Below are positions 1 to 14,154 of a stretch of 64,000 nucleotides of DNA, in pieces (positions within the stretch are counted from its first letter, which is position 1; each line of letters opens with the position of its first letter). The stretch spans positions 111,354,001 to 111,418,000 of the forward strand of contig NC_086097.1 in assembly GCF_963921235.1 (NCBI RefSeq). Direction: 5' to 3'. Source of the stretch: Mobula hypostoma (Eukaryota). A model generated the notes under the pieces. That model did no database searches. It was given only the letters and a program-made list of their open reading frames with translations, and was not told the DNA's origin. The translations under genes were made by a program, and so were the position numbers.

Positions 1-829
1 CCATCTACAACCACCATCTGTCTTCTATGGGGAAGCCAATTCTGAATCCACACAACCAAATTTCCCTGGATCCTATGCCTCCTGACTTTCTCAATGAGCA
101 ATTACATAGGGAATGTTATCAAATGCTTAAGAAAGGCTGAAAGGACAAGTCAGGAAACCACAGGCTGGTGAGTGGTAGGAAAGCTACTGGAGGGAATTCT
201 GAGGGACAGAATCTTCCAGTATTTTAATAGACAAGGTCTGATTGGGGATAGTCGGCATGCCTTTGTGTATGGGAAGTCATGTCTCAGCACAGAACTGTTG
301 CACGGCAAGCCATGATGCATCCAGATGGAATGTTTCTATGATGCATCTATAACATCTGGTGAAGGTCGAAAGGATCATGCCAAATTTCATTAGCCTCCTG
401 TGGAAATCAGAATCGGATTTATTTTCGCTGACAAATCATGTGAAATTGGATGTATTGTAGCACCAGTACACTGCAAAGATGTACAAATCTATAAAGTATA
501 GAAATAATTAGTGCTTTAAAAAATAGGAATAATTATGTAGTGTTAATTAACCATTCAGAAATCTGGTAGTGGAGTGTTTGGAATATTGGTGTGGTTTTTC
601 TGACAGAACATCTACGTGATTTGACCAGGTGTGTTGGTGATTTTTGCTCTTCGGAAATTGAAGCTCTCAACCATCTTCATCTTAGCACTGTTGATATAAA
701 CAGGATGTGCAGTGCACTGCCTGGCTTCCTGAAGTCACTGACTAAAACTTGTTCTTACCTCAACAACTTCTCTTTTGAATCCTCTCTTTTTGTAAAACAA
801 AGGTGTAGGCGTTGACACTCACATAGGTG

Positions 830-1990
830 TCAACTTTTGTTGGTTTTGTGGATTAGTCCTTGTTCCTAACCTACTCTGGCACACTTCGTTAATTCTTTCT
901 CTGTGACATAGACAACTGCATTGGTGCTGCTTCTTGTATTCAGATAGAACTTCTTTATTTTTAATACCTCTGCTACTAACTTCCACCGTGACTTCATATT
1001 CACATGGACCATTTCTGACACACCTCTATCTTTTCTGGATCTCCCTTTCTCTGTCTCAGGAGACAAACTATCCCCCAAATCTTCTGTAAATCCTCTGACT
1101 CCAACACCTACATCAGCTACACCTACACACACCCTACCTTCTGGAAGGATGCCATCCTGTTCTTTCAGTTTCTCTGTCTCTGCTGCACCTTTTCTTGAAA
1201 GAGTGTTTCCATTTCAGGAAATATGAAATATTCTCCTTTATCAGGAAACATGGCTTGCTCCTTCACTTCACCCTCATCATCACTTAGGTGAGGCAGAAAT
1301 TCACATGCACTTCCTACAAACTCATCTATTGCAATCAATCCTTTCACTGTAGATGAGGCTGCATCAGCAAGGCCAATCATAGACTAGGCACTTGTGCTCT
1401 GTTCACAGCAGCCATGTTGACTTACCAGTTGGATATCATTTCAACTCCCTTTCCTTTCATATTCCCACATTGTACACTGTCCTCTGCCTTCTTCACTGCT
1501 TCGGTGAGGTCAGAGACAAGCTGGAAAAACAACACCCCATAATCTGCTTGCCTCACCTGTGACCCAGTTTCAGGTAATCCATGCCCCTGGTGCTCCTTTT
1601 TCACTCATACAGGTCCACCCAAATTCTCTCTTCCTTTGTTTGTCTTTTCCAATCCTCAACCCCAAGCCTTTCCTTCATTTCCTAACTCCTCACCCATCTT
1701 GTTCTATTTGTCCATCATCTTTCCTATTTCTGGTTTCTGCAAGCCCCTTCTCCCTTCCCTTCTCTCCTCCTAATTAGCTATGTTGTCTTTTTTTTTTGTT
1801 GTTGGCTGTTTCTACCTGTTGCCTATCCACCTCTGTCTCACATCTCTTTATATTGGCTATCTTCGTTCTACACATAGGGGTTGAAATCCATAATCCTGAT
1901 GCAGGATTTTGGTCCAAAATGTCAATCATCCCTTTGCCTCCGTAGATGCTGCTTGACCTGTTTAGTTCCTCCAGCACTTTGTTTTGTCTA
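830..1990 (+). mobile_element. Degenerate Penelope-like element (RT and GIY-YIG remnants, pyrimidine tract, terminal repeat)
   Basis: IDNCIGA and TWTISDTPLSFLDL remnants. Ends with a decayed cctgatg...aaaatgtc motif and gatgctgcttgacctg...cctccagca. Confidence 0.7.
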
Positions 1991-3942
1991 TACTGACTCT
2001 AGTAAGGTCTTTGACAAGTTCTTACATAGTGGTCTGGCCTAGGTTAAGATACAAAAGATCCCAGCTGAGCTGAGCTGGCTGAATAGATCCAAAATTGGCT
2101 TGATAATGGGAAGAAGATGATAAAAATGGAAGAATAAAGACTTGGATGTGAATATAGACTGTATGATTAGTAGGTTTGCAGAAGTTGATGTTGTGGATAG
2201 CAAGGAAGGTTGTCAAGGACTACAGCAGCTTATAGATTCTTTAGAAAGGGACCTAAAGAACTCTTCCAGGTCAGGCAAAGGATCACATACTCCTCCTCCA
2301 CCTTTGGCTACTACTGTCAGTACTCTGTACCAGTAAGACCAAGTATAGAGCAGGTGGCCATTATGCAAAGCACCTGTGCTTTGATTGCTGTGGTCATTTT
2401 GGCCTTCCAATTGCATGTTATTTTAACCTCCTTTCTATTGCCACACCATCCTGGCTGTCTGGCTTTCTCTATTGCTACAGTGAGGTCAAATACAAATCTG
2501 AAGAACAACATCTTATTACCAAAGAGTATGAACATGTCAAGTAACCCATGTCCCTAAAGTTCTCGTCCCACACACACTGGCCTGTCCATCTAGGTGCTTT
2601 CTCCCTTTATTTACATTTCCCATCTCCTCACTTTCTCCCAGCTGGTCCTATCTGCCCATCATCCCTTACCTTTCTGGTTCCACTTATCCATTTACATACC
2701 CATTTCCATCCTATGACAAGCCACTGATTAGGTTATATTTAGTATTGTGTGCGGTTCTGGTTGTTATTCTATAGGAAGGATATGATTGTGTTTGAGAGTG
2801 GAGAGAAGCTTCTTTGTTAGACTAGGTGGGTGGTTAGTCCAGTTTCGTCTCCGAGTTTTACCATCACTATTGTGATACAAGTGGTTGGCTTGCTGGCTCA
2901 AGAACAAATCCCATTGTCATACAAATTTTCAATGTATTTTGTTCCTCTTCCCCTCATTCCGATTAACTTGCCATTAAGGGAGGGAATGTAAATAATTCAG
3001 TCCTCTTAACCTTTGTTCATATGACCATCTGTCATTTAAGGAATTAATTATGTAAATCTTTGTTGCATTTCTTCAGTTGCAAGATTTAAGGGATTAATCA
3101 TGTGAACCTTTTCTGTGTGTCTCTAATGTATTCTTAAATAGAAGGTCAGACCTATATGGATGTCAGTTTGCAGCACATCCTTATGTATTTGATGCTTGGC
3201 ATCTATATTACTCTGAACGTTGAGCCTTTGTACTTAGAATTTTGATTGTTATACTCATATCTCCTTGCAGTAAAGGCTATTTGTCTTATTTGCTTACTTA
3301 GCTGCATGTTAATTTTCACTGATTCATATGGAAGGATATTTGGGCCCCTTAGAACTAAAACATTCTTATTCCTTCATTCTTGTGGGGTCAAAGTTATGTA
3401 TTTGTTGAGAAAACGGCATTGTGGGAATACCTTTGCCAGAAGAACATTTTTAAAAGTACGTATAGCATCTGGGCTGGAGGGCTTGAGTTATGAAGAGAGT
3501 TTGGATACGCTTGGCTGTTTTCCCTGGAGCAAAGGAGATGAGGGGAGACTTAATAAAAGTATATAAAATCAAGAAAAACATGAATAATCCATAGCATTTT
3601 TCCCGGGGTAAATGAGCCAGAAACTAGAGGACAGAGGTTTAAGAGTGTGGGAAGGTTTATTGCAAGTCTGAGGGTCAAGTTTGATACTTAGAGTCTAGTG
3701 GGTATATGGAATGATCTGCCATTAGAGACAGGTAAAATTATAATGAATAAAAGATATTAGACTGGGACTATATGGCAAGTTAATGGGAACGTGAAGGGGG
3801 GGTGGGGGGGGTGCGGGGACCAATATACATAGTAAATTATCATGAGTATAGGATTGGGTTCTGGGCCAGCAAGCCATCTACTTGTATCATAACTGTGACT
3901 AAAAGACATTTGGACAGGTACATTGATGGGAATAATCTAGAG

Positions 3943-4017
3943 TAGGGGTTCCCAACCTGGGGTCCACAGATCTCTTGCTTAATGGTATTGAACCATGGCA
4001 CAAAGAAAGTTGGGAAC
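3943..4017. mobile_element. Very small hAT-Charlie-type MITE remnant
   Basis: TAGGGGTTCCCAACCT...AAGTTGGGAAC inverted ends, next to a TCTAGA target-like site. Confidence 0.6.
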
Positions 4018-4947
4018 TTAGAAGGGGTTAGATTCTAGAAGGGGTTCTAGAGGGAATACCCTTGGTGTAGAGGGTTACAGCTCAAATTTGGGAATAGATG
4101 GGGCCTTTTCTAGTCGGCAGCCAATGATTAGTAGTGTTCTGTAGGGGCTGTAGAGAAGATATTTCCCATAGTGGGGGAGTCACGGACCAGAGACCACAGC
4201 CACAGAATACAACGATATTCCTTTAGAACAGAGATGAGGAGGAATTTAAGTAGATGGTAGTGAATCTGTGGGATTTATTACCGTGGACAGCTGTGGAGGC
4301 CAAGTCACTGGGTATTTTAAAGTAGATGTTGATACATTCTTGATTAGTAAGGGTGTCAAATGTTACAAGTAAAAGGCAGGAGAAGGGAGTTGAGAGGGAT
4401 AATAAATTAGCCATTATAAAATGGAGAAACAGACTTAATGGACTGAATGGGATAATCCTGCTCGTATGTCTTATGGTCCAATGTAGGTAAATGGAACTAG
4501 CTGAAATATGTATTTTGCTTGGCATAGGCAAATTGCCCTGAAAGAGCCTGTTTCTGTGCTGTACAATTGAATGATTCTAAGAACTGTGTCTGTTCAAGGT
4601 GGATCACTGTCTGCATCTGCTGAAGGGCAATTATGGATGTGTAGTAAATGAGCAAATTCAAACAAATACTGCAAGTTTGAGAATTAAATTTGAGGATTAT
4701 TGGGGCAAGGCAGAAAGTGGAGTGGTGGCAAAGACAAAATCGGTGATGATTTATTTTATTGTATAGCAGAATGGGGTTAAGGACCTAATGGCCTAATTGC
4801 TACTTTTTATATTCTTGCTATTTTATGTTTTGTCAGGCTATGGGATCATACCATTCTTTGATGTCTGTTATTAAATAAATTAGTCTTGAAGTATTGTCTG
4901 GATGCAATTTTATTTAAATTGCTTATGTTTCTTGTTTATATTTATAG

Positions 4948-5052
4948 GTTGCCAGACTTGAAGGGCAGTTACATAGGTATAAAACAGCATCAGAGAACTC
5001 TGAAAAAATAGAGGATGAACTTAAAGCAGAAAAAAGAAGGTTACAGCGAGAG
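4948..5052 (+). CDS. LRRFIP2: LRRFIP2 penultimate coding exon (105 bp, phase 0/0)
   Basis: tttatag|GTT...GAG|gtatga. Translates [35 protein letters not shown], the LRRFIP C-terminal coiled coil. LRRFIP2 preferred over LRRFIP1 because of the RLEGQ..RYKT residues and convergent synteny with MLH1. Confidence 0.92.
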
Positions 5053-5409
5053 GTATGAGTATTTGGTTGCTGTGCTCACTTGATACTGCTATGTTTTTCA
5101 GCATTCCAGAAACAAGTAACTTTCAAGTAATCTTATAGGGAAATGGAACTAAAAGAGTATCTTTTTCTAACATTTAGTTCAAGTATATTGTGTTCTTTAT
5201 GTGCCTTGGTGACATCGTTCATTTCAGCTGAAAAGCTGAGTCATTTGAGTCATTTTTAGTGCAGATTTGGGTTTGTGAATAACTGCTTTATACAAAAATG
5301 CATTTCGTATATTTAGCTGATTGCAAATGCAGTTTAAAATCCAAACAGCTTAACATGATAACTCTAAATGAGATATGCCAGCAAACCAATCTAGATGGTG
5401 ATTCAACTA

Positions 5410-6125
5410 TAAACACGAGATTCTGCAGATCCTGGAAATCTTGAGCAACGCACAAAGTTTTGGAGGAACTCTGCAAGTCATGCAGCATTTATGGAGGGGA
5501 ATATACTGTTGATGTTTTGGGCTGAAAACCTCCATCAGGACTGGAAAAGAAGGAGCAGAAGCCAAAATAAGGTAGGGCGAGAGGAAGGAGTACAAGCTAG
5601 AAGAGGAAAGTAGGGGGTGGGAGAGAGGGATGTAGTGAGAAGCTGGAGGGTGATAGGTAGAATAGGTAAGAGGTAAGGAAGAAGAAGGAATGTCACTATC
5701 CTCCACTAATAGATTCCTTCCTCTTCAGCCCTTTATGTCTTCCATCTATCACCATTCAACTTCTGACTTCATCTCCCCTCCCTAACCCACCCACCTTCCC
5801 CCTCACCTAGTCTAATGTATTATCTGACAGTGTGTACTCCTTCCCCTCCTCCAACTTATTCTTGCTTTTCCCCCCTTCTTTTCCAGTTCTGATGAGGGGA
5901 TGTTGGCCCGAAACAGTGACTGTTTATTCTCCTCCATTGATATTGCATGACTTGCTGAGTTCCTCTAGCATCTTGTGTCTGTAAACAACAGGAATTCTGC
6001 AGATGCTGGAAATTCAAGCAACACACATCAAAGTTGCTGGTGAACGCAGCAGGCCAAACAGCATCTCTAGGAAGAGGTACAGTCAACGTTTCAGGCCGAG
6101 ACCCTGACTAGTCCTGACGAAGGGC
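5410..6125. mobile_element. Cluster of Penelope-like terminal repeats in alternating orientation
   Basis: Minus copy ~5410-5690, plus copy ~5695-5980 (hammerhead-like motif 5884-5922), second minus copy ~5983-6105. Confidence 0.75.
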
Positions 6126-6129
6126 CTCT

Positions 6130-6505
6130 TCTTTTACCTTCCGTTTTACCTAACATGAGAGTCTTCTCCAAGGAATCCTCTCTTCTCATGATGTGGTCAA
6201 AATATTTGAGCTCTTATCTCATAATCAAGCCTCCTAGTGAGCAGTCTGGCTGTATTTCTTCAAGTATTGACGTTGGATCTTCTTGCTGTCCAACGAACTC
6301 TTAACACTTTCCTCCAGCATCCACGTTCACGGGGATCGATTCTTTTGTATTCAGCCTTACTAATAGTCCAGCTCTCACAGCCATACATCACAACTGGAAA
6401 TGCCATAGACTTGACTATATAGATCTTTGTAGACAATATTATGTCTCTGATCTTCAGTATTTTATCTAAATTTACCATTGCTGCCCTCCTCAGAAGTAAT
6501 ATACC
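6130..6505 (-). mobile_element. RTE/BovB-like LINE fragment (post-RT region)
   Basis: ILLLRRAAMVNLDKILKIRDIILSTKIYIVKSMAFPVVMYGCESWTISKAE...CWRKVLRVRWTARRSN, then in another frame ILEEIQPDCSL...HIMRREDSLEKTLMLGKTEGKR. Confidence 0.85.
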
Positions 6506-6809
6506 AATTCTACATACCTGTTGATACCCCAAGTTCATCTGTCGTACATCTTGTATTGAGATAAATGTAATTTAATCCAGATGATTTTTCTTGCTCTTTG
6601 CCATACTCCTTCCATTCTGCATGTTCAATTTGCTTTTAGCATCTTCTCAATCCCTAACCAGCCTCTGAATTGCCTCACTTCTTCTTGGGATCCCATCTCC
6701 TTGCCAGTCTACTTTACAACTTCCCTAATAGCACTGGCAAATCTGCCTGCAAAACTATTGGACATATTGCACATGTCAATGTTGCCCCAAAAGAGATAAC
6801 AATAGTGAA

Positions 6810-9050
6810 AAATTTCAAGAGGATCTGAAGTGTATGTCTGGCATATTCTAAAAGCAAGATGACACAACCAAGGGAAGTCAAAGCCAACATAAAAGCCAAG
6901 AGAGGGCATGCAATAGAAAATTAGTAGGAAGTGAGAGGATTGGGAAGCTTTCAAAAACCAACAGAAGGCAACTAAAAAAAGTTATTAAGAAGGTAAAAAT
7001 GGAAAACAAAAGTAAGTGAGCCAATAATGTTAAAGAGGATACCAAAAGTTTCTTCAGATACATAATGGGTAAAAGAGAGGCGAGAGTGGATATCGAACCA
7101 CTGGAAAACAATCCTGGAGAGGTAGTAATGAGAGGGACAAGGAAATGGCGGACGAACTGAACAATTATTTTGCATCAGTGTTCATTTTGGAAGCCACTAG
7201 CTGTTCCAGGTATCAGGGGTCATGAAGTGTGCGAAGCTACCATTACTAGAGAAAAGGTTCTTGGGAAACTGAAAGATACAATAGACAATAGGTGCAGAAG
7301 TAGACCATTCAGCTCTTAGAGCCTGCACCGCCATTCTGAGACCATGGCTGATCATCTACTATCAATACGCGGTTCCTGCCTTGTCCCCATAACCTTTGAT
7401 TCCCCTATCCATAAGATACCTATCTAGCCCCTTCTTGAAAGCATCCAGAGAATTGGCCTCCACTGCCTTCTGAGGCAGCGCGTTCCACACCTCCACAACT
7501 CTCTGGGAGAAGAAGTTCCTCCTCAACCCTGTCCTAAATGACCTACCCCTTATTCTTAAACCATGCCCTCTGGTACTGGACTCTCCCAGCATCTGGAACA
7601 TATTTCCTGCCTCTATCTTGTCCAATCCCTTAATAATCTTATATGTCTCAATCAGATCCCCCCTCAATCTCCTTAATTCCAGCGTGTACAAGCCCAGTCT
7701 CTCTAACCTGTCTGCGTAAGACAGTCCGGACATCCCAGGAATAAACCTAGTGAACCTACGCTGCACCTCCTCCACAGCCATGATGACCTTCCTTAACCCT
7801 GGAGACCCAAACTGCACACAATACTCCAGGTGTGGTCTCACCAGGGCTCTGTACAAATGCAAAAGGATTTCCTTGCTCTTGTACTCCATTCCCTTTGTAA
7901 TAAAGGCCAACATTCCATTAGCCTTCTTCACTGCCTGCTGCACTTGCTCATTCACCTTCAGAGACTGATGAACAAGTACTCCCAGATCTCTTTGTATTTC
8001 TCCCTTACCTAACTCCACACTGTTCAGATAATAATCTGCCTTCCTGTTCTTGCTCCCAAAGTGAATAACCTCACACTTATTCACATTAAACACCATCTGC
8101 CAAGTTTCTGCCCACTCACCCAGCCTATCCAAGTCACCTTGAATTCTCCTAACATCCTCATCACATGTCACACTGCCACCCAGCTTAGTATCATCAGCAA
8201 ACTTGCTGATGTTATTCACAATGCCTTCATCTAAATCATTGACGTAAATCGTAAACAGCTGTGGTATGAAGGTAAATAGGTCACTTGAACCAAAAGATGT
8301 ACACCCCAGGGTTCTGAAGGGGGTGGCTGAAGAGATTATGGAGGCATTAGTAATGATCTTTCAAGAATCACTAGAATTTGGAATGGTTCTGGTAGAGTGG
8401 AAAATTGCAAATGCCACTCCGCTCTTCAAGAAGGAAAAGGCAGAAAAAATTATAGGCCAGTTAGCTTGACTTCAGTGGCTGGGAAGTTGTTGGAGTCAAT
8501 TATTAAGGATGAGGTCTCAGGGTACTTGGAGGCACATGATGAAACAGTAGTTTGAAAATCTTGCCTGACAAAGCTGTTGGAAATCTTTGAAGAAATAACA
8601 GGTAGGATAGACAAAGGATAATCAGTTGATGTTGAGTACTTGGATTTTCAGAAGGCCTTTGACAAGGTGACACACATGAGGCTGCTTAGCAAGCTACAAG
8701 CCCATGGTATTACAAGAAAGATTCTAACATGGAAAATACAGTGGCTGATTGGCAGGAGGCAAAGAGTGGGAATAAAGGGAACTTTTTCTGGTTGGCTGCT
8801 GGTAACTAGTGGTGTTCCACAGGTGTCTGTTTCGAGACCGATTCTTTTTACATTAGTGTCAATCATTTGGATGATGGCTTTATTGCAAAGCTTACAATAT
8901 GAAAATAGGTGAAGGGACAGGTAGTTTTGAGGAAGCAGGGAGGCTGCAGAAGGACTTAGATTAGGAGAACGGGCAAAGAAATGGCAGAGGAAATGCAGTG
9001 TTGGGAAGTGTATGGTCTTGCAGTTTGGTAAAATAAATAAAAGGGTTAAA
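6810..9050 (+). mobile_element. Older CR1 ORF2 fragment (host of the 7275-8265 insertion)
   Basis: HPRVLK..AEEI, DFQKAFDKV.H.RLL and VTSGVPQ motifs with stops and frameshifts. Confidence 0.8.
7275..8265 (-). mobile_element. Young 5'-truncated CR1 LINE with an open RT C-terminus (ORF 7362..8219), nested in an older + strand CR1
   Basis: SKFADDTKLGG, RPHLEYCVQF, LRGDLIETYKI with no stops over 285 aa; short (ctattgt)-type tail. The host CR1 resumes at ~8263. Confidence 0.9.
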
Positions 9051-12000
9051 AGGAACGTCCTTTTGGAATGGTAAAGAATTCCACAGATTCACCACTGTGA
9101 AATTCCTCCTCATCTCCATTCTAAAAGGATGTCCCTCTATTCTGAAGCCTTGTCCTCTGGTCAGACTCTCCCACCACAGAAAACGTCCTCTCCACACTCA
9201 CTCTTTTAAGGCTTTTCACCATTCCATAGGTTTCAATGAGGTCACCCCTCATTCTTCTAGTGAATACAGGCCCACAGCCACCAAACACTCTTCATATGAC
9301 AAGCCATTCAATCTTGGAATCATTCTCATGAACCTCCTTTGAACCCTCTCCAGTTTCAGCACATCCTTTTTAAGATGGAGGGCTTAAATTTGCTCACAGT
9401 ACTCCAAGTGAGGCCTCACTGGTGCTTTATAAAGTTTCAACATTACATCATTGCTTTTATATTCCAGTCATCTTGAAATGAATGCTGACAGTGCATTTGC
9501 CTTCCTCACTATGACTCAACCTGGAAATTAACCTTTAGGGGATCCTGCACAAGGACTTCCAAGTCCCTTTGCACCTCAGTTTTTTGTATTTTCTCTCCAT
9601 TTAGAAAATAGTCAACCCTTTAATTTCTTCTACTGAAGTGCATGGCCATACACATCTCCACACTGTAATCCTTTTGCCATTTCTTTGGATATGGGGAGAA
9701 GACAGAAGATTGAGGCTGAGAGGAAAATTGGATCAGCCACGATGAAATGGCGGAGCAGAGCTGATGGGCCTAATGGCCTAAATTTGCTCCTATATCTTAT
9801 GGTCTTGTGGTCTTTTATGGAATAACCTACTGGAGTTGGTAGTAGATATGGTTAAAATGAATGGCAGAGCAGACTCAATGGACCAAATGGCCAATGTGTC
9901 TTATGGTCATAGAGAGAATCATGGAGCAATACAGCAGGGATATAGGCTCTTCTGCCCAAAGAATCCATGCCAACCAAGGTGCCACCCAGCTAGTTGGAAT
10001 TTCCTACATTTGGCCCGTAACTCCCTGAGTCATACTCCTCCATGTTCCCTATCCAACTGCTTCTTAAATGATACCATTGTACCTGCATCAAACACTTCTG
10101 TTAGTGCTTACACTATAGAGAGCACACTCTTTGTGACAAGGTTGCCTCTCGGGTCCTTTTTAAATCTTTCCCTCTCATCCTAAGCCTCTGCCCCTCGCCT
10201 AGCATTTGCACTCCCCTGCCCTAGGGAAAACACCTTAACAAAAAGATTTAAAGTTTAGCTTTATTTGTCATGTGTACATCGTAACATCAAAGTACACATT
10301 GAAATACATTGTTTGAGTTAATGGCCAATGTAATCTGAGGATTGTGGTGGGGTTAGTCCACAGGTGTGATCACTCTTCCCAGCGACAACACAGCTTGCCC
10401 ACAACTCACTAACCCTAACCCTAACCGTGGGATGTGGGATGACACCTGTGGAATAAAACTGGAGTACCTGGAGGAAGCCCACCTGGTCACATAGAGAATG
10501 TACAAACTCCTTACAGACAGTGGTGGAAATTGAAACTTGATTGGTGATCACTGACGCTAACCAGTGCTACGCTACCGTGTCGCCTATCTGTGCCTCTCAT
10601 GATTTTAAACATTTGTAGAAGGTTGCCCCACGTTCTCATACTTTCCAAGGAAAAAAGACCCAGTCTAGTCAACCTCTTTGTATAACCGAGGCCTTCGTGT
10701 CCTGGCAGATTCTTGTAAATCCTTTGTGCACTCCTCTTCGTTTAACCACATCAAAACTGTAATGGATGACCCAAACAGTACACAGTACTCCCAAATGTGA
10801 CTTCACCAATAACTTACACAACTAGGATGTAATGTCCCACTTCCTATACTAAGTGCCCTGACTGATGAAGGATAGCAGGCATGATGCCTTTTTCACCACA
10901 CTGTCACGCTGATGCTGCTTTCAGTGACCTATGCGCTTGCACTCCTTGGTAAATTCTGATCCATTACACTCCCTAGTGCCTTATCATTCATAGTGTAAGT
11001 TCTGGTATGTGCTGGTTTATCTTTCCAAAACACATCATCTCACACTTATCCATTTGCCACTCTTCAGCCTACTTCATAAACTGAACAAGATACCCCTGTA
11101 ATCTATGATCTTCTTCACTACCATGTCATCCACAAACTTCCTGATCAAGTCTTGTGCATTTGTGTCCAAATCATTTACATAACTAATCAAGTTCAAGTTC
11201 AAGTTTAATTGTCATTCAGCCATACACAATTGCCTATGAATACAGCCAAACAAAACAGCATTACTCTGGGGCTAAGGTACAAAACAGTTTACCAACAGTC
11301 ATTCACAGCACAAGGCACATGTAGCACATGCTGAGTCGACACTGGGGGCAGCACTGACTCCAGCATGGACGCAGTGCCACACTGTATCCAGCACTCTTGT
11401 GGAGTGCCTGATTCCGACACCCATCCATAGGGGTGTCTGCAAACAGGCAACGCAGTGACTTGAGGACTGTGACTAAAGCCACTTAAATCCCACAACCTTT
11501 GTCCCTGCTGTTCACAATAAACTAATAAATTGGATTTACAACATTCCAAATCCAAGTTCCTGAATCCATGAATGTTGCAGCAGTCTTCAGTCAAGCACAA
11601 CACATCTAGTCTTCTGCCAAATGGACTCCCATCACTGATGTTAGGCTGACCGGCCTATAATTCCCTGACTTGTCCTTGCTACCCTTCTGAAGCAACAGAT
11701 CACTCTTCCACTCTCAGGAACTTTACCAGTGGAAAACAATTAAGCAAATATGTTTGCAACAGTCTGGGCAATTTCTTCTCTAGCTTCTCTCAACGTCCGA
11801 GAATGCACTTGTTCTGGCTCTGGGGATTTATACATCGTAATGTGCTGTAAGCTGCGAGTACCTCCTTCCTGATGATATGAAAGTCAACACTGAACATAAC
11901 ATAGAACAGTACAGTACAGCGCAGCACAGGAACAGGCTTGATGGCACATGATGTTGTGCAAAATGGTAATCAAATGGCCAACTAAGCTAATCCCCTCTGT

Positions 12001-12521
12001 CTACACCATCTCCATATCCTTCCATTTCCTGCACATTCATGTACCTATCTAAGAGTCTGTTGTATTTGCTTCCACAACTCCCACCTCAGAAGCATATTCC
12101 AGGCACCTGCCACTCTCTGTAAAGAACTTGCCCTGCACATCTCCATTGAACTTGCCTCTTCTCACCTTAAGTGTATACCCTCTGGTATACATTTTCTGGG
12201 AAAAAGATGCTGACTGTCTGTGCCTCTCATAATCTCATAAACCTCTATCAAATCTCCCTCAGCTCTGCTGCTCCAAAGATCAAAGTTCAAAGTAAACCTT
12301 ATTACAGAGTACATTCATGTCACCACATAGAACCCTGAGATTCTTCTTCTATGGGCATACTTAGAAAATCTATCAAACAGTAACTGTAAACATCAGGAGC
12401 TGTTAACTGTAAACAAACTGTGCAAATGCAGATATAAATAACGAGCATGATATAACAAGATAAAAGTCATTAAAGTGAAACTATTGGTTGAGAGAACACC
12501 AGAAGTAGAATGATTGTAGTT

Positions 12522-12673
12522 ATACACACAAAATGCTGGAGGAACTCAGCAGGCCTGGCAGCATTTACGGAAAAGAGTACAGTTGATGTTTTGGGCTGAG
12601 ACCCAAAGCAGGACTCCTCCAGCATTTTGTGTGTGTTGTTTGGATTTCCTGCAACTGCAGATTTTCTCTTGTT
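12522..12673. repeat. Inverted pair of Penelope-like ends
   Basis: acacacaaaatgctggagga ... tcctccagcattttgtgtgt. Confidence 0.75.
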
Positions 12674-12679
12674 TATGAT

Positions 12680-13810
12680 TGTAGTTATCCCCTTTTGTTC
12701 AAAAGTCTGATGTTTGAGGGGTAGTAACTGTTCATGAACCTGGTGGTGTGAGTCCTGAGGCACTTGTACCTTCTAGTTGATGACAGCATCAAGAAAAGAG
12801 CATGCCCTGGGTGGTGAAGATCTTTGGTGATGGATGCTACTTTTCTATGGCAAAGTTTCATGTAGATGTGCTCAATGGTTGGGAGGGTTTTATCCATGAT
12901 GTACCGGGCCAAATCCACTACCTTTTGTAGGATTTTCCGTTCAAAGGCATTGGTGTTCCCATACTAGGCCATAATGCAGCCAGTCAGTACACTTTACATC
13001 ACACATCAAGGCTTTTGATGACATGCCAAATCTCTGCAGACTCCTGAGGAAGCAGAGGCAATGTCCTGCTTTCTTTCCAATTATATTTAGATTAGATTAG
13101 ATTATGAGGACACGCAGTCCTCTTTTATTGTCATTTAGTAATGATGTATCTAGGATAGGTCCTTTGAGATAGTGGCACCCAGGAATTTAAAGTTACTGAC
13201 CCTCTCCACCTCTGATCCTCCTATGATTACTGGCTTATACACCTCTGGTTTCCCTCTCCTGAAGTCTACAACCAGTTCCTTGGTCTTACTGACATTGAGT
13301 GAGAGGTTGTTGTTCTCACACCACTCGCACAAGTTTTCAATCTCCCTCCTGTATGCTGATTCATCACCACCTTTGATACAACCCTCAACAGTGGTGTATC
13401 TGCAAATTTGTAAGTGGTGTTGGAGCTGAACTTAGCCATATAGTCATAAGTGTAAAGCGAATCGAGCAGGGGGGTTAAGTACACATCCTTGCGGTGCCCT
13501 TGTGCTGATGAAGATTGTGGAGGAGATGCTTTTGCCAATTCAAACTGATTGAATTTTGCCAATTCAAATTGTCAAATTCAGCTAGATTTGCCAATTTAAG
13601 TCTAGGATCCAATTGAACAATGAAGTATTGGGGCCCAGGTCTTGGAGTTTTCTGATTAGTTTTGAGGGGATGATGGTGTTAAATACTGAGCTGTAATCGA
13701 TAAGAGTATCTTTGCTGTGCAGATGTTCCAGGGTTGAGTGCAGAGCCAATATGATGACATCTGCTGTGGACCTGTTGCTTTGGTAGATGAATTGGAGCAA
13801 GTTGTTTCTC
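12680..13810 (-). mobile_element. Rex1/Babar-like LINE fragment
   Basis: [50 protein letters not shown]. Confidence 0.8.
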
Positions 13811-14154
13811 AGACAGGACAACAGCCCACATTTGTCCAACCTCTCATCGTACAGACCCTTTAATCCAGGAGGCATCGTGGTAAACCCCTTAAGTACCCTC
13901 TCCAAAGCCTCCACATCCGCCTTGTAGTGGGACCATCAGAATTGAATGCAATACTTCAGATACTGCCTAATTAGAGCTTTGTAATTTCCCTGCTCTTGAA
14001 CCTAGTTCCTTGATTATTAAAGGCAAGCATGCTGTGTGCCTTCTTTACCACCCATCAATCACAAGATCCCTCTTCTTATTAACACTGGGCATTGCCAATA
14101 ACATGGAACTGCTTCTTTATATTTGGTTTGCCAAAGTGCAGCACCTCACATTTG

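Noticed and set aside
10409..10426. Three telomere-like CTAACC units
   Set aside because: Too short and embedded in a SINE-like repeat; no evidence of an interstitial telomere.
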